A DNA stretch of 64,000 nt from Candidatus Bathyarchaeota archaeon (GCA_963720565.1 CAVRFW010000005.1:359027-423026); one strand, 5' to 3'; numbered from the stretch's first letter, positions 54,264 to 64,000 are shown. Notes: a model not told the origin generated them from the sequence alone. Numbers and translations are program-made.

Positions 54264-54565
54264 ACTGTTACCCTTCGCTGATTAATTGGAAAAAGTGGGA
54301 TATAAGAGAAGTGCCCTTTAATACGCGAGTCTCTCGAGCGTCTCTCGTAGGTCGGCATTTGAATAGTGTATTGCACAGTTACATGATCGTGGGAGCTGAC
54401 AAATGGGCTGGCTCACTAAATTCAAAGCGGCTTTTTTTCACGGCCCGAGTCAATTCGTAACAGTCTCCATAAGGAGGAAAGTAAAGCCTTTTAATGCGCT
54501 ACCCCGTTTCTATTATTTGCCATATGGCGCATACGTTCCCATTAAGAATCTGATCTGAAATCGGG

Positions 54566-54650
54566 GCGGGGGTTGCCAAGCATGGTCAAAGGCGTAGGAC
54601 TGAGGCTCCTATCCTGTAGAGGTTCGTGGGTTCAAATCCCACCCCCCGCA
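54566..54650 (+). tRNA. tRNA-Leu(GAG)
   Basis: GCGGGGG/CCCCCGC-A acceptor stem, TAGGA CTGAGGC TCCTA anticodon arm, long variable arm, GTGGG TTCAAAT CCCAC T-arm. Confidence 0.95.
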
Positions 54651-54894
54651 CTCTTAAGACCTGAGAAAATAGCGCGCTTTTGACGAATGACTGCATAAGT
54701 AAGCTCAATCCATGGACCTCTTAGGTTCTTTATGAAGAAGACAAAATAGGGTGTCAGTTTGAAGGCAACCACTTTCCTGTATAGGTAATTGTCCTAAATT
54801 AGGTAGTGGTTTTGATTGGTATTGCTAGCGCGCGAGGAAGAATTCAGGCAGAAGGAAAAATTGTGAACACAGTATCTAATCGGACCTGTTTGCC

Positions 54895-57309
54895 CTAGTT
54901 TGCGTTTGACTTGATTTTCCAAAGGAGGGCAACAAGTCTGACTGTAATGTCGACTTTGGAAGGAGTGACCTGAACTCTTTCCAGATTTTCTGTGAGTGTG
55001 TTGATTTTTGTTTCGGTGTTTTTGACTTCGGATTGGAATTTCTCCTCCAGCCTCGCACGCTCCTGTTGCGCTGCTTTCAGGTTTTCTTCTGCGCTTTCTT
55101 TGTCTCTTGATTCTTTTTTGCTACGTTCAAGTGCCCGAGTAGCTTTTGATATGCGGGAGCTTGATTTTCTGCCTAAGAATGATCCTAGTATACTTTCTCC
55201 GATTGACGCTGCGACTTGGTATTTCTGACTTCTCGCCTGTGCTTGTTGTTCTTCTAGCCTCATCTTTGCTTTTCTCACTTTTTCGTCTAGTCGAGAGACG
55301 GTTGAAGCGTATTTTTCGCGAAGTTGTTCAACTTGTTGATCACGTTGCTCTCTTGCTTTCTGCTCCAATCTTATTCGGAATTCGCGTTCAGTCTCTCCTG
55401 GTCTTGATATCTCGTTCAACTTGGTGCTTTTGAACAACTCGATTTTCTGATTTCGCGTAAGCCAATTCGTAAAGTCTTTGGTCCACGTTGCATAATTTTT
55501 CTTTTGCATGGCGGCTGAAGGCAGTTCAGCGTAGGGGTAGTTTCCTTGCGGTTTACTCTTGAGTTCCGAGACTGTTATCTCTGCCTCTTCGGCGGCATCC
55601 CAGTTGACTGGTATTGGATCATCACTTACAGGGGCGAGGAAGACTTGTTCTTTTGCGATGTTGACTTTGGCTTTTGTGTCAGAGAAACCTACTTGGGCTG
55701 CTCCAACTATCATGGGTTGATACACTAGACTGGTGTTCGCTTTGATGTTTGGATCCTGAGGTATGAAATATTCTGGTATTTCTGGCGGAACCATGGGCTT
55801 CGAAACTGCTTTCAAGGCGATTGGGGAATCTGAATGAACTGCTGAAAACGCTGTAGGCGTCGTTTTCTGGGTTGGGACTGATGCTATTTGTTGCTTCTTT
55901 ATCGGTTCAACTAGTACCTTTATTTGCTCTCTTGTTAGTGGCCCTCGGAGATAGGACATTGCCCATCTGGTTTCAAAGACCACTGGTACATCTTCGTGAA
56001 CGTTGTTCATTAGAAAGATCCTGTTGCCCAATCCTGATAGTATTTGGTCGAAGGCTCGTCGATTGAACTGTTTTTGCCCCGAGACTGCGGCGCCTTCAAG
56101 TCCGTCTAGCACGCGTTCTTTGTCGCGTTCAGTTTGTAGTCGTCCGAGGAACCATGTTCCAGCGTTTGATAAGGCCTTGTAATCCAAGTCTATCGGGTTT
56201 TGGGTTGCGAGTACTACTCCCAAGCCGAAGGCGCGAGCTTGTTTGAGGAGGGTTAGAAGGGGGAGTTTTGATGGGGGAGTGGCTACAGGAGGAAGGTACC
56301 CGAAGACTTCGTCAATATAGAGTATTGAGCGTAGACTGGTTGTTCCGGATTGTGCTCGCATCCAACCGACAATCTGGTTCAATAGTAGAGAGACAAAGAA
56401 CATGCGTTGTGTGTCGCTCAAGTGTGCAATGTAGAATATTGATACTTTGGGTTTTCCTTTGGGTGAATGGAGGAGTCCGTCGACATTCAAGGAGTCGCCT
56501 TCAAGCCACAAGTTGAAGCCTGGTGCAGCTAGGAGGTTGTTTAATTGCATTGCGAGTGAAAAGCGATCTTTTGAAGGATAGAACGATTCTAAGTCAAGGA
56601 CTCCGATGCGGGTCATGGGCGGAGTCTGAATGAGCTGAATCAAGCGACCTAAGTCTAGGTCTTCGCCTTTTTGCCAGGTTTCTGAGAAAATAGTTGATAG
56701 CAGTATGTGTTCTCTTGACCTGATTGGATCTGCTGATACCCCCAGTAAAGATAGCAGACTTGTAACGGTGGTGTTTATTGACTCTTGAAGAAGTTCGGTG
56801 TCTTCTCTGATTTCTTGTTGGGGCGCGGAAAACGATTTTAGTATCGAGATTGGCAGTCCGGCGTTGCTTCCGGGAGTGTAGATAACGAAGTCCGCTGCGT
56901 CTCGGAGACGTTGGATTCGTTGGCCATCCTGTCCCCATTTAAGGAGTCCGTTCTTCCAGAGTTCAGCCTGTTGCTTTGCGTAGTCTTGTGAGGAGAGCCC
57001 TTTCTTGTTTGCGTCTTCTATGTTTATCCAGGGTTCAAAGTCTTTGCTTTCTAGGTTTGGGAATGTGAGTAGTAGATTTGTGATGTCGCCTTTCGGGTCG
57101 ATTGCGATTGTCGGAACGCCGTCGGTTGCCGCTTCTTCGATTAGGTCTAGGCATAGACCGGTTTTTCCGCTGCCTGTCATTCCGATACATACAGCGTGAG
57201 TTACCAGATCCTTGGAGTCATAGAGTAACAGGTCTTCCAGACCGGTTTTTTTTGCTGGGTCGTAGAGACGTCCTAGATAGAAAACGCCGAGTTTATCAAA
57301 ATCCTGCAT
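54895..57309 (-). CDS. HerA/FtsK-superfamily ATPase (DUF87/DUF853-like) with C-terminal coiled coil
   Basis: THAVCIGMTGSGKT, IDPKGD, YIDEV, LLKQARAFGLG..LATQNP; Q/E/K/R-rich coiled coil. Confidence 0.85.
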   Translation of the reverse strand: MQDFDKLGVFYLGRLYDPAKKTGLEDLLLYDSKDLVTHAVCIGMTGSGKTGLCLDLIEEAATDGVPTIAIDPKGDITNLLLTFPNLESKDFEPWINIEDANKKGLSSQDYAKQQAELWKNGLLKWGQDGQRIQRLRDAADFVIYTPGSNAGLPISILKSFSAPQQEIREDTELLQESINTTVTSLLSLLGVSADPIRSREHILLSTIFSETWQKGEDLDLGRLIQLIQTPPMTRIGVLDLESFYPSKDRFSLAMQLNNLLAAPGFNLWLEGDSLNVDGLLHSPKGKPKVSIFYIAHLSDTQRMFFVSLLLNQIVGWMRAQSGTTSLRSILYIDEVFGYLPPVATPPSKLPLLTLLKQARAFGLGVVLATQNPIDLDYKALSNAGTWFLGRLQTERDKERVLDGLEGAAVSGQKQFNRRAFDQILSGLGNRIFLMNNVHEDVPVVFETRWAMSYLRGPLTREQIKVLVEPIKKQQIASVPTQKTTPTAFSAVHSDSPIALKAVSKPMVPPEIPEYFIPQDPNIKANTSLVYQPMIVGAAQVGFSDTKAKVNIAKEQVFLAPVSDDPIPVNWDAAEEAEITVSELKSKPQGNYPYAELPSAAMQKKNYATWTKDFTNWLTRNQKIELFKSTKLNEISRPGETEREFRIRLEQKAREQRDQQVEQLREKYASTVSRLDEKVRKAKMRLEEQQAQARSQKYQVAASIGESILGSFLGRKSSSRISKATRALERSKKESRDKESAEENLKAAQQERARLEEKFQSEVKNTETKINTLTENLERVQVTPSKVDITVRLVALLWKIKSNAN

Positions 57310-57666
57310 GCTGCCGTCCTTCTTGCGTTGTATTCAGTATTTTCGAGGCAGAGTTATATTTCTTATGTTTCAGGTGAAATTTCAAAAAGTTGATAAGCAA
57401 GGTTTTGCGGATTTCGCAGGTAGTCTTCAGTACTCTTTCGGCAAAAACTCGCTGGATATAGGCTATTGAGTTTTGGACGTTTTTTTAGTTTTGCTGGATT
57501 TTGAGTGTTTGGATTGGAAGAAACCCGTGTTTTCTATTTGTTTGTTGGATGTTCATACATTTTCTGAGGATTTGTATCTCCAAATGGATAGTTTTAAATA
57601 TTTGTCTGGGATATATGCACAGAAAAAGATGAAATGAATAAACATACGTTGAAAGAGGTATGTGAA

Positions 57667-58938
57667 ATGTCGGCATTAGACACGGGAAGCGTATCATGGT
57701 TATTGACCGCGACTGCTCTAGTCATGTTAATGACACCTGCGCTGGGTTTCTTTTACGGAGGCTTAGTGCGCAAGAAGAACTTGGTGTCCACAATAGTTCA
57801 GTGTCTCGTTATATTCGCTGTGATAAGCATAGTTTGGGCTCTGTGGGGTTACAGCCTTGTTTTCGGACAAAGCATAGGCGGAGTCATCGGTAACCTTTCC
57901 TTGGTCGGCTTAAACGGCGTAGGCATATACACGAGTACGGTTGCTTCTCAGATTCCGGATTTGTTGTTCTTTGCGTTTCAACTAAAGTTTGCTGCGATAA
58001 CGCCGGCGTTGATTATAGGTGCTTGCGCGGAGAGAGTGAAGTTTCGTTCTCTCCTAATATTCATCGTTTTGTGGTCTACGTTGATTTATGTGCCCGTGGC
58101 TCATTGGGTTTGGAATCCTGACGGGTGGCTGTATTCTTTGGGTGCAGTTGATTTTGCAGGAGGCATTGTGGTTCATGTTACAGCGGGTTTGTCGGCTTTG
58201 GCAGCGGCGCTTGTCATTGGCAGGAGGAAAGGTTGCGGCATCCCCTGGAAAAATCACATGAAGGCTTTGGAACGGAAAGATGATGCGGGAGAGTTTAAGC
58301 CTACGAACATACCTTATGTGTTGCTTGGTGCGGCTTTGCTTTGGTTCGGCTGGTTCGGTTTTAACGCGGGTAGTGCTCTTGCGGCGAACGAGGTGGCTGT
58401 TCTGGCTTTGGTGACGACGAACTTGGCTGCTGCGGCTGCTGCAGTGAGCTGGATGGTCGTTGACTGGGTTGTGAAGGGCAAGCCTTCGGCGGTCGGTATA
58501 GCTATCGGAGCCGTTGTCGGGTTGGTTGCTATAACCCCTGCCGCGGGCTATGTTAGCGTGACTTCAGCGTTGATGATTGGCTTGATCGCGGGATTAATTT
58601 CGAACTTGGTTGCGAACTGGCGGGCTGGTCGGTCAAGAATAGACGATACTTTGGATGTCTTTGCGTGTCACGGGGTTGGTGGCTTGTGGGGTTCAATAGC
58701 GGTTGGGTTGTTTGCTTCGGCATCTGTGAACGGTGTGAGCGGCTTGTTCTATGGAAACGTCGGTCAGCTGTTGTCTCAGCTGTTGGCGGTTGCGGTGGTT
58801 GCTCCTTTCGCTTTCTTCGGTTCGTACCTGTTACTGAAGGCGATTAACGTGTTCTCTCCGTTACGGGTGAGTCCTGAAGCTGAAGATGCGGGCTTGGATT
58901 TGAGCGAACACGGTGAGGAAGCCTACCAACTCGATTAG
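57667..58938 (+). CDS. amt: Ammonium transporter
   Basis: LMTPALGFFYGG, FQLKFAAIT, DFAGGIVVH, WFGWFGFNAGS, DDTLDVFACHG (both pore His present). Confidence 0.96.
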   Translation: MSALDTGSVSWLLTATALVMLMTPALGFFYGGLVRKKNLVSTIVQCLVIFAVISIVWALWGYSLVFGQSIGGVIGNLSLVGLNGVGIYTSTVASQIPDLLFFAFQLKFAAITPALIIGACAERVKFRSLLIFIVLWSTLIYVPVAHWVWNPDGWLYSLGAVDFAGGIVVHVTAGLSALAAALVIGRRKGCGIPWKNHMKALERKDDAGEFKPTNIPYVLLGAALLWFGWFGFNAGSALAANEVAVLALVTTNLAAAAAAVSWMVVDWVVKGKPSAVGIAIGAVVGLVAITPAAGYVSVTSALMIGLIAGLISNLVANWRAGRSRIDDTLDVFACHGVGGLWGSIAVGLFASASVNGVSGLFYGNVGQLLSQLLAVAVVAPFAFFGSYLLLKAINVFSPLRVSPEAEDAGLDLSEHGEEAYQLD

Positions 58939-58952
58939 AATACAGTGAAGAA

Positions 58953-58991
58953 AGCGCGCAGATATCCGCGCTCTATCCGTCTCTTTTTTTT
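58953..58991 (+). terminator. Putative amt terminator
   Basis: AGCGCG-N8-CGCGCT hairpin followed by a T-tract. Confidence 0.35.
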
Positions 58992-59089
58992 GGTTAGAAA
59001 ACAAGCTTTTTTTGGCTGTTGCGTTTTTTGTGAGTTGGCTTAATCTTAATTAGCTTGTTGTTTACTAGCTTTTTATTGTGTGATGCACT

Positions 59090-59569
59090 GTGACCGGTAA
59101 AGTCGCGATAATAATGGGTTCGGATAGAGATTTAGATTTTAGCCGCGAGATAGGCAAGTATCTGAAACTTTTGGGGGTTGATTACGAGTTCCGTGTTGCT
59201 TCTGCTCACAAGACTCCAGAGAAAGTTCTTGAGATCTTGAGATCTCTTGAATCTGAAAAAATCGTTTACATAACGGTTGCTGGTCGGTCTAATGCTTTGA
59301 GTGGTTTTGTTGATGCTAATACTTCGAAGCCTGTTATTGCGTGTCCGCCGTACTCTCAGAAGTTCAGTGGGGCGGATATTTTCTCCTCGCTTCGGATGCC
59401 CAGCGGTGTGGGATGCACTGTGACTGTTGAGCCTGAAGGTGCTGCGATTGCTGCTGCCAAGATTTTTGCTTTGGAAAACACGGAGCTTGAAGAGCGCGTT
59501 AGAGATTATCAATCCTCGAAGAAGAGAGACGTTGAGAACGCGGACGAAACTGTTAAAAAACTGAAATAG
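59090..59569 (+). CDS. purE: AIR carboxylase / N5-CAIR mutase
   Basis: IIMGSDRD, VASAHKTP, AGRSNAL, PVIACP, SSLRMPSGV. Confidence 0.93.
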   Translation: MTGKVAIIMGSDRDLDFSREIGKYLKLLGVDYEFRVASAHKTPEKVLEILRSLESEKIVYITVAGRSNALSGFVDANTSKPVIACPPYSQKFSGADIFSSLRMPSGVGCTVTVEPEGAAIAAAKIFALENTELEERVRDYQSSKKRDVENADETVKKLK

Positions 59570-59705
59570 CTCTTGTGTTCAAGTGTAATTCTGTTTCTGG
59601 GTTGAGATGTGTTAGCACGCGTTAAGCGGGATGCGTAAAGCGATATAAGTCTAAATCTGATATTTTGATTAGCCTTTAGGTAGGCTCGGGAAATCGGGGG
59701 TTCAC

Positions 59706-60768
59706 GTGATGGGCAGTGTCAAAGATTTGGAGGTAGTTGAGAAGCCTACGCGAGGCGCTATGGGTGTTGGCAGGTTCCGTTTTTCGGATCGCTACTCGGT
59801 TTTCGATTGGGGTGAGATGCCTGACCGCATAGGCTGCAAGGGTGAGGCGCTGTGTCTTATGGGTGCTTACTGCTTTGAAAAGCTGGAGGAAGCGGGGGTT
59901 CAAGAGTCATTACCGTGGCTTGGTTGATGAGAATGGGCGAGTTGTTCGGTTCAAAGAGCTCAGTAGGCCCGCAAACACGATGGAGGTTGCGTTGGTTAAT
60001 GTTTACAGGCCGGAGGCTCGTAGCGTGCGTGGAAAGGTCGAGTACGACTACGGTATTTACACTTCAGATCTTAGGAATTGTTTGATTCCTCTTGAGGTGA
60101 TTTACAGGAATGGTTTGCCTGAGGGCTCCTCTGTTTTTCGGCGTCTTGAGCAGGGAAAGGCTTCGTTGATGGATTTTGGGTTGGATCATTATCCGTGGTC
60201 TGGTGAGCGGTTTGCGAGGCCGATTTTTGATGTGAGCACGAAGCTGGAGGATACGGATCGCTACGTGACCTGGGCTGAAGCTCAACGGATTTCTGGGTTG
60301 ACGGATTCTGAGCTTGTTGCTGTTAAGCGGGTTCTTGGGGAGGTGGATGAGGTTGTGAGTCGGTTGGCTGGGCAGGCGGGTTTGGTGAATGAGGATGGGA
60401 AGATTGAGTTGGCTTTTGATGGGCTCAGGAGGGTTATGGTTGTTGATGTTGTTGGGACTTTGGATGAGTGCCGGTTCACTTATGGGGGGGTTCATGTGAG
60501 CAAGGAAGTTGCCAGGCAGTTTTACAAGAAAACATCGTGGTATGTGGATGTGGAGGAGGCAAAGAGGGTTGCTGAGGCGCATGGGGTTAGGGAGTGGCGG
60601 GGTTTGTGCAGGTCGCAGCCTCCTAGGCTTGATTTGGAGTTGAAGGTTTTGATTGGTGAAATGTACATGGCTGCAGCCAACGATACTACGGGCTGCAGAC
60701 TGTTTGATGTGCCTGGTCTTGGAAAAGTTATCAAGAAGTACAGAGATTATACGAGTGATCGGAAATGA
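59706..60768 (+). CDS. purC: SAICAR synthetase; +1 indel near 59897
   Basis: [56 protein letters not shown]. Confidence 0.92.
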
Positions 60769-61862
60769 TGAAAAATAGGATATCGGAAGTCGTTCGCAAT
60801 TATGATCCTGAGAAGGTTAGGATTGGGGTTTTGGGTTCTCATTCTGCTTTGGAGGTTGCTTCGGGCGCGCGGCAGGAGGGTTTTGAAACCGTGGTTGTGT
60901 GCCAGAAGGGCAGGGATAAGACCTATACGCGATATTACGGGGGCCTTTTTGATCATACGTTGTTGTTGGATCGGTTTTCTGATATTGTGTGGGCTGAGAA
61001 CGTGCGTAGGCTGGTTGATTTGAACGTGGTTTTTGTGCCTAACCGCAGTTTCTCGGTGTATGCGGGGTACGAGAATATTGAGGAGAAGTTCTGTGTTCCT
61101 TTGATGGGTAACCGGTTTATGCTTCGTAGTGAGGAGCGTAATACGCCTAGGAATCAGCAGTATCTGCTTGGGAAGGCCGGTATCAAGGCGCCTAAGACTT
61201 TCGCTTCGCCTGGTGAGATTGATCGGTTGGTGATTGTTAAGGTGGCTGAGCGTGAGCGTGCGATTGAGCGGGCTTTCTTTTATGCTTCGTCGCCTGAGGA
61301 GTTTGAGCGGAAGGCTGAGGATCGTGTTCGGAGGGGGATTATTACGCGGGAGGCGCTTGGGCAGGCGGTTATTGAGGAGTATGTGGTTGGGGCGAAGTTT
61401 AACGCTAATTATTTTTGGTCGCCTTTGTCGGGTGAGATTGATCTTTTGGGTTTTGATCGGCGTGTGCAGACTGATCTTGATGGGGTGTTGGATTTGCCGG
61501 CTGCTGAGCAGTTGGAGCTTGGTATTCCGACGCAGAATATTGAGATTGGGCATATGGGTGTGACGATGCGTGAGAGTCAGATTGAGAAGGTGTTTGAGGC
61601 TGCGGAGCGTTTTGTGGAGGCTTGCCGGGTGGAGTTTCCGCCTGGTATGGTTGGGCTTTTTGCGTTGCAGGGTGCGGTTACGAAGGATTTGGATTTCTAT
61701 GTTTTCGATGTTAGTCCTCGGGTGCCTGGTTGTCCGTGTGTTGAGGCTACTTCGCCTTACATGAAGTATAAGTATGGGTTTGAGGTGGGTCCGGGCAGGC
61801 GTGTGGCTATGGAGGTTAAGCGTGCCCTTAAGCTGGGTAGGTTGGGGGATGTGGTTACTTGA
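60765..61862 (+). CDS. PurP-like ATP-grasp paralog
   Basis: GSHSALEV..GA..EGF, VPNRSF, IEEYVVG, DRRVQTDLDG, IGHMGVTMRES, FDVSPR. Confidence 0.88.
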   Translation: MMKNRISEVVRNYDPEKVRIGVLGSHSALEVASGARQEGFETVVVCQKGRDKTYTRYYGGLFDHTLLLDRFSDIVWAENVRRLVDLNVVFVPNRSFSVYAGYENIEEKFCVPLMGNRFMLRSEERNTPRNQQYLLGKAGIKAPKTFASPGEIDRLVIVKVAERERAIERAFFYASSPEEFERKAEDRVRRGIITREALGQAVIEEYVVGAKFNANYFWSPLSGEIDLLGFDRRVQTDLDGVLDLPAAEQLELGIPTQNIEIGHMGVTMRESQIEKVFEAAERFVEACRVEFPPGMVGLFALQGAVTKDLDFYVFDVSPRVPGCPCVEATSPYMKYKYGFEVGPGRRVAMEVKRALKLGRLGDVVT

Positions 61863-62945
61863 TAACGCCTGAGAACGTGGCTGAGATTCTTGGTGGGTAT
61901 GATTTGGCGAAGCTTGCGGTTGGCACGTTGGGTTCGCATTCTTCGCTTAACATTTTCAAGGGTGCCAAAGAGGAGGGTTTTCGTACGGTTTGCGTTTGTA
62001 AGGAGAAGGATGCGATCATGTACCAGAAGTACCCTCTGGTTGATGAGTTAATCATCGTTAAGGATTTTGGTGAGTTGTTGGATGAGAAGTTGCAGGAGAA
62101 GCTGCGGAGGTTGAATGTTGTTTTGGTTCCGCATGGTTCTTTTACGGCTTATTTGAGTACTGAGGAGCTTACGGATAGTTTGTTTGTGCCTTTGTTTGGG
62201 AACAGGCGGCTTCTTCATTGGGAGGCTAACCGTAAGGAGCAGGAGGAGTGGCTTCGGCAGGCTGGGTTGCGTTTGCCGGCTACTTTTGCGTCGCCTGATG
62301 AGATTGATCGTTTGGTTATTGCCAAGTTGCCTGGTGCTAAGGGTGGGCGGGGTTATTTTTTGGCTAGTTCGCCTTCTGGTTTCTATAAGAAGTTTGATGG
62401 GATGGTTGCAGCGCGGTCTCTTGAGTAAAGAGGATGTGGGTCGGGTTCATTTGCAGGAGTATGCTTTGGGTGTGAATGTTTATCCGAGTTATTTTAGTTC
62501 GATTGTGAAGCATGATGTGGAGTTGTTGGCGATGGATAGGCGTTATGAGTCGGCTGTGGATGCGATTGGTAAGATTCCTGCGGGTGAGCAGCTGGAGATT
62601 GACGTTAGCCCGTCGTATACGGTTGTGGGGAATTTTCCGATTGTGTTGCGTGAGTCGTTGTTGCCGGAGCTGATGCGTATGGGTGATAGTGTGCATCGGG
62701 TGGCTCGGGAGTTGGCGCCGCCTGGGATTATTGGGCCTTTTTGTTTGGAGACGGTTGTTACGGATGATTTGCGGATTTTTGTGTTTGAGATTTCGGCGCG
62801 TATTGTGGCTGGGACGAATGTGGGGATTGGGTCTTCGCCTTATGCTTATTTGCGGTATGGGGAGAACATGTATATGGGGCGGCGGATTGCGTTGGAGTTG
62901 AAGGAGGCTCGTTCTCAGGGTAAGCTTGGGGCTGTTTTGGCTTAG
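61859..62945 (+). CDS. purP: AICAR formate ligase PurP; +1 indel near 62404
   Basis: GSHSSLNIFKGAKEEGF, VPHGSF, GAKGGRGYF, DRRYES, GNFPIVLRESLL, FEISARIVAGTN. Confidence 0.92.
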
Positions 62946-63048
62946 GTTTGTGTGGAATGTAGGGTTCTTGTGTGTGGTGTCTAGAGTTTCGGGTTTGGTG
63001 TTATAGAAGTATGTTCTAGAGTTTTGTTTCATATCTGCATAAAAGGGT

Positions 63049-63283
63049 ATGCTGCGCCTTCTTGTTGGACGGTGTTTGCGAGGGGGAAGGCGGTTTGGCG
63101 GAGACGGAGGATTACGGTTGGTTGTTTGTGGATGTTGTTCCGCTGCTTTACAGCAAGAAGAAGGTTGAGCGGCAGCTTAAGATCGAGGAGTGGCTTGACC
63201 TCTACCAGCTTACCCGGGAGCTGGGCATAGCGAAGTCTGAGCGTTCGCCCGGCGGCAACGGGGCTATTAATTACGTGGTTTAG
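63049..63283 (+). CDS. Possible small hypothetical protein
   Basis: 73-aa frame from 63062 reads like protein (KVERQLKIEEWLDLYQLTRELG) inside strongly skewed DNA; an ATG at 63049 is out of frame. Confidence 0.35.
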
Positions 63284-63560
63284 CCGGGTTCTGGCTTTTG
63301 CCCGCGGTTGGTTGGGGGGCGGGTTTCTGGGTTTTTTGTTTTGTGGGTTTGGTGGTTTTTTGGGTTGTTGTTTGGTGGTTGTTTGTTGCTTTTTGTTGTT
63401 GTTTGGGGTTTTTTGTTGTTTTTTGGGGCTGCGGGTTGTTTTGTGTTTCGTGTTGCTGTGTTCTGGTTGGCTGTTTGTCTGCTGTTTGGTTGAGGTTGCT
63501 TTGGCTGTTGGTTGAGTTGCGTTTGCTGTTGTGGGTGATGTGGGGAGATTTGGGTGTAAT
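63283..63560. repeat. G/T low-complexity tract
   Basis: No adenine on the + strand from 63283 to 63492; degenerate GTT/GGTT units. Confidence 0.85.
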
Positions 63561-63842
63561 TTTGGCAAGGGCTTAAGTACGTTAAATGCGCGTTGCTTGT
63601 TTGAAGGGAAGTGGTGCCTTGCAGGATTTTCCTCTTTCCTTTCTCCTTAAGCTGCGGGCATTGCTCCCTCCCTCTTTTGTTCTTTTGCAGGCAATTCGGT
63701 TTTGCTGGTGTTTCTGGTTTTGGGAGGCGGTGGCGTGTTACTAGAAGCGTGGCTCGGTCCGATTGGAGAATTAAGAATGATTAAAAAAGAAATGAGGGGG
63801 AAAATTTTGGGTTAGATTTTAGGTTAATGCTACTAGCTTAAT

Positions 63843-63980
63843 CTAATATCTTGTTGGTCTTCGTTTTGAGAAACATGTTCGACAGTAAACTGGCCTGCTT
63901 TCGTCAGGTTTGAACGGAACTTCGCATTCCTGCTTGCATTCCGCGCAGACTGCCTTGTGCATCTCTCGGTCTCTATACAA
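63843..63980 (-). CDS. CxxC-x17-CxxC zinc-ribbon microprotein, not in ORF track
   Basis: Hand translation MYRDREMHKAVCAECKQECEVPFKPDESRPVYCRTCFSKRRPTRY* (TTG start, AGGAG upstream). Confidence 0.9.
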   Translation of the reverse strand: MYRDREMHKAVCAECKQECEVPFKPDESRPVYCRTCFSKRRPTRY

Positions 63981-64000
63981 TTTCTATTTCAACTCCTACT

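Noticed and set aside
54264..54565. Possible structured RNA between cysE and tRNA-Leu (GAGGAAAGT resembles RNase P)
   Set aside because: The other RNase P and SRP conserved elements are absent
60064..63576. Long antisense ORFs over purC/purP and ORFs within the G/T tract
   Set aside because: By-products of the compositional skew, which removes stop codons; low-complexity translations
1..64000. CRISPR arrays, IS elements, inteins, tRNA introns, rRNA
   Set aside because: None seen; RFC and Hel308 are normal length and both tRNAs are intron-less

Overview
Archaeal chromosomal segment. TFE, Rpo12, RFC-S/L, Hel308, aTrm56, Taw1, Alba and tandem PurP genes mark it as archaeal; the gene mix suggests a TACK lineage, probably Bathyarchaeia (inference). 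Left to right: (1) conserved hflX-trm56-tfe-HD-DUF2110 run; (2) a 3.2-7.6 kb accessory stretch with an ArsR-controlled Fe-S/YgbA operon carrying a perfect operator palindrome, an unlisted 37-aa Cys/His microprotein, a YegP(x2)-Alba fusion and a methyltransferase; (3) tRNA-Val(TAC); (4) a ~14 kb surface-glycan cluster; (5) an IscS-like/IscU/SufS operon; (6) hel308, purB, asnB; (7) two HTH-less Lrp domains near gdh and a glutamate-synthase-like gene; (8) rfc, translin, taw1, a surface protein, rpo12, trm5/taw2, trm112; (9) a nucleotide-sugar operon, guaA, lrp, cysE; (10) tRNA-Leu(GAG), a HerA-like ATPase, amt and purE-purC-purP-purP; (11) an adenine-free G/T tract and an unlisted CxxC-x17-CxxC microprotein. 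About 17 genes, including core ones, are split by apparent single-base indels, most likely sequencing errors. No CRISPR array, rRNA, integrase or transposase was seen. Best leads: the YegP-Alba fusion, two complementary incomplete UDP-sugar dehydrogenases, the degenerate IscS in the Fe-S operon, and a gene-independent G+T strand skew that rises toward 63.5 kb. All calls come from motif recognition by eye; no searches were run.
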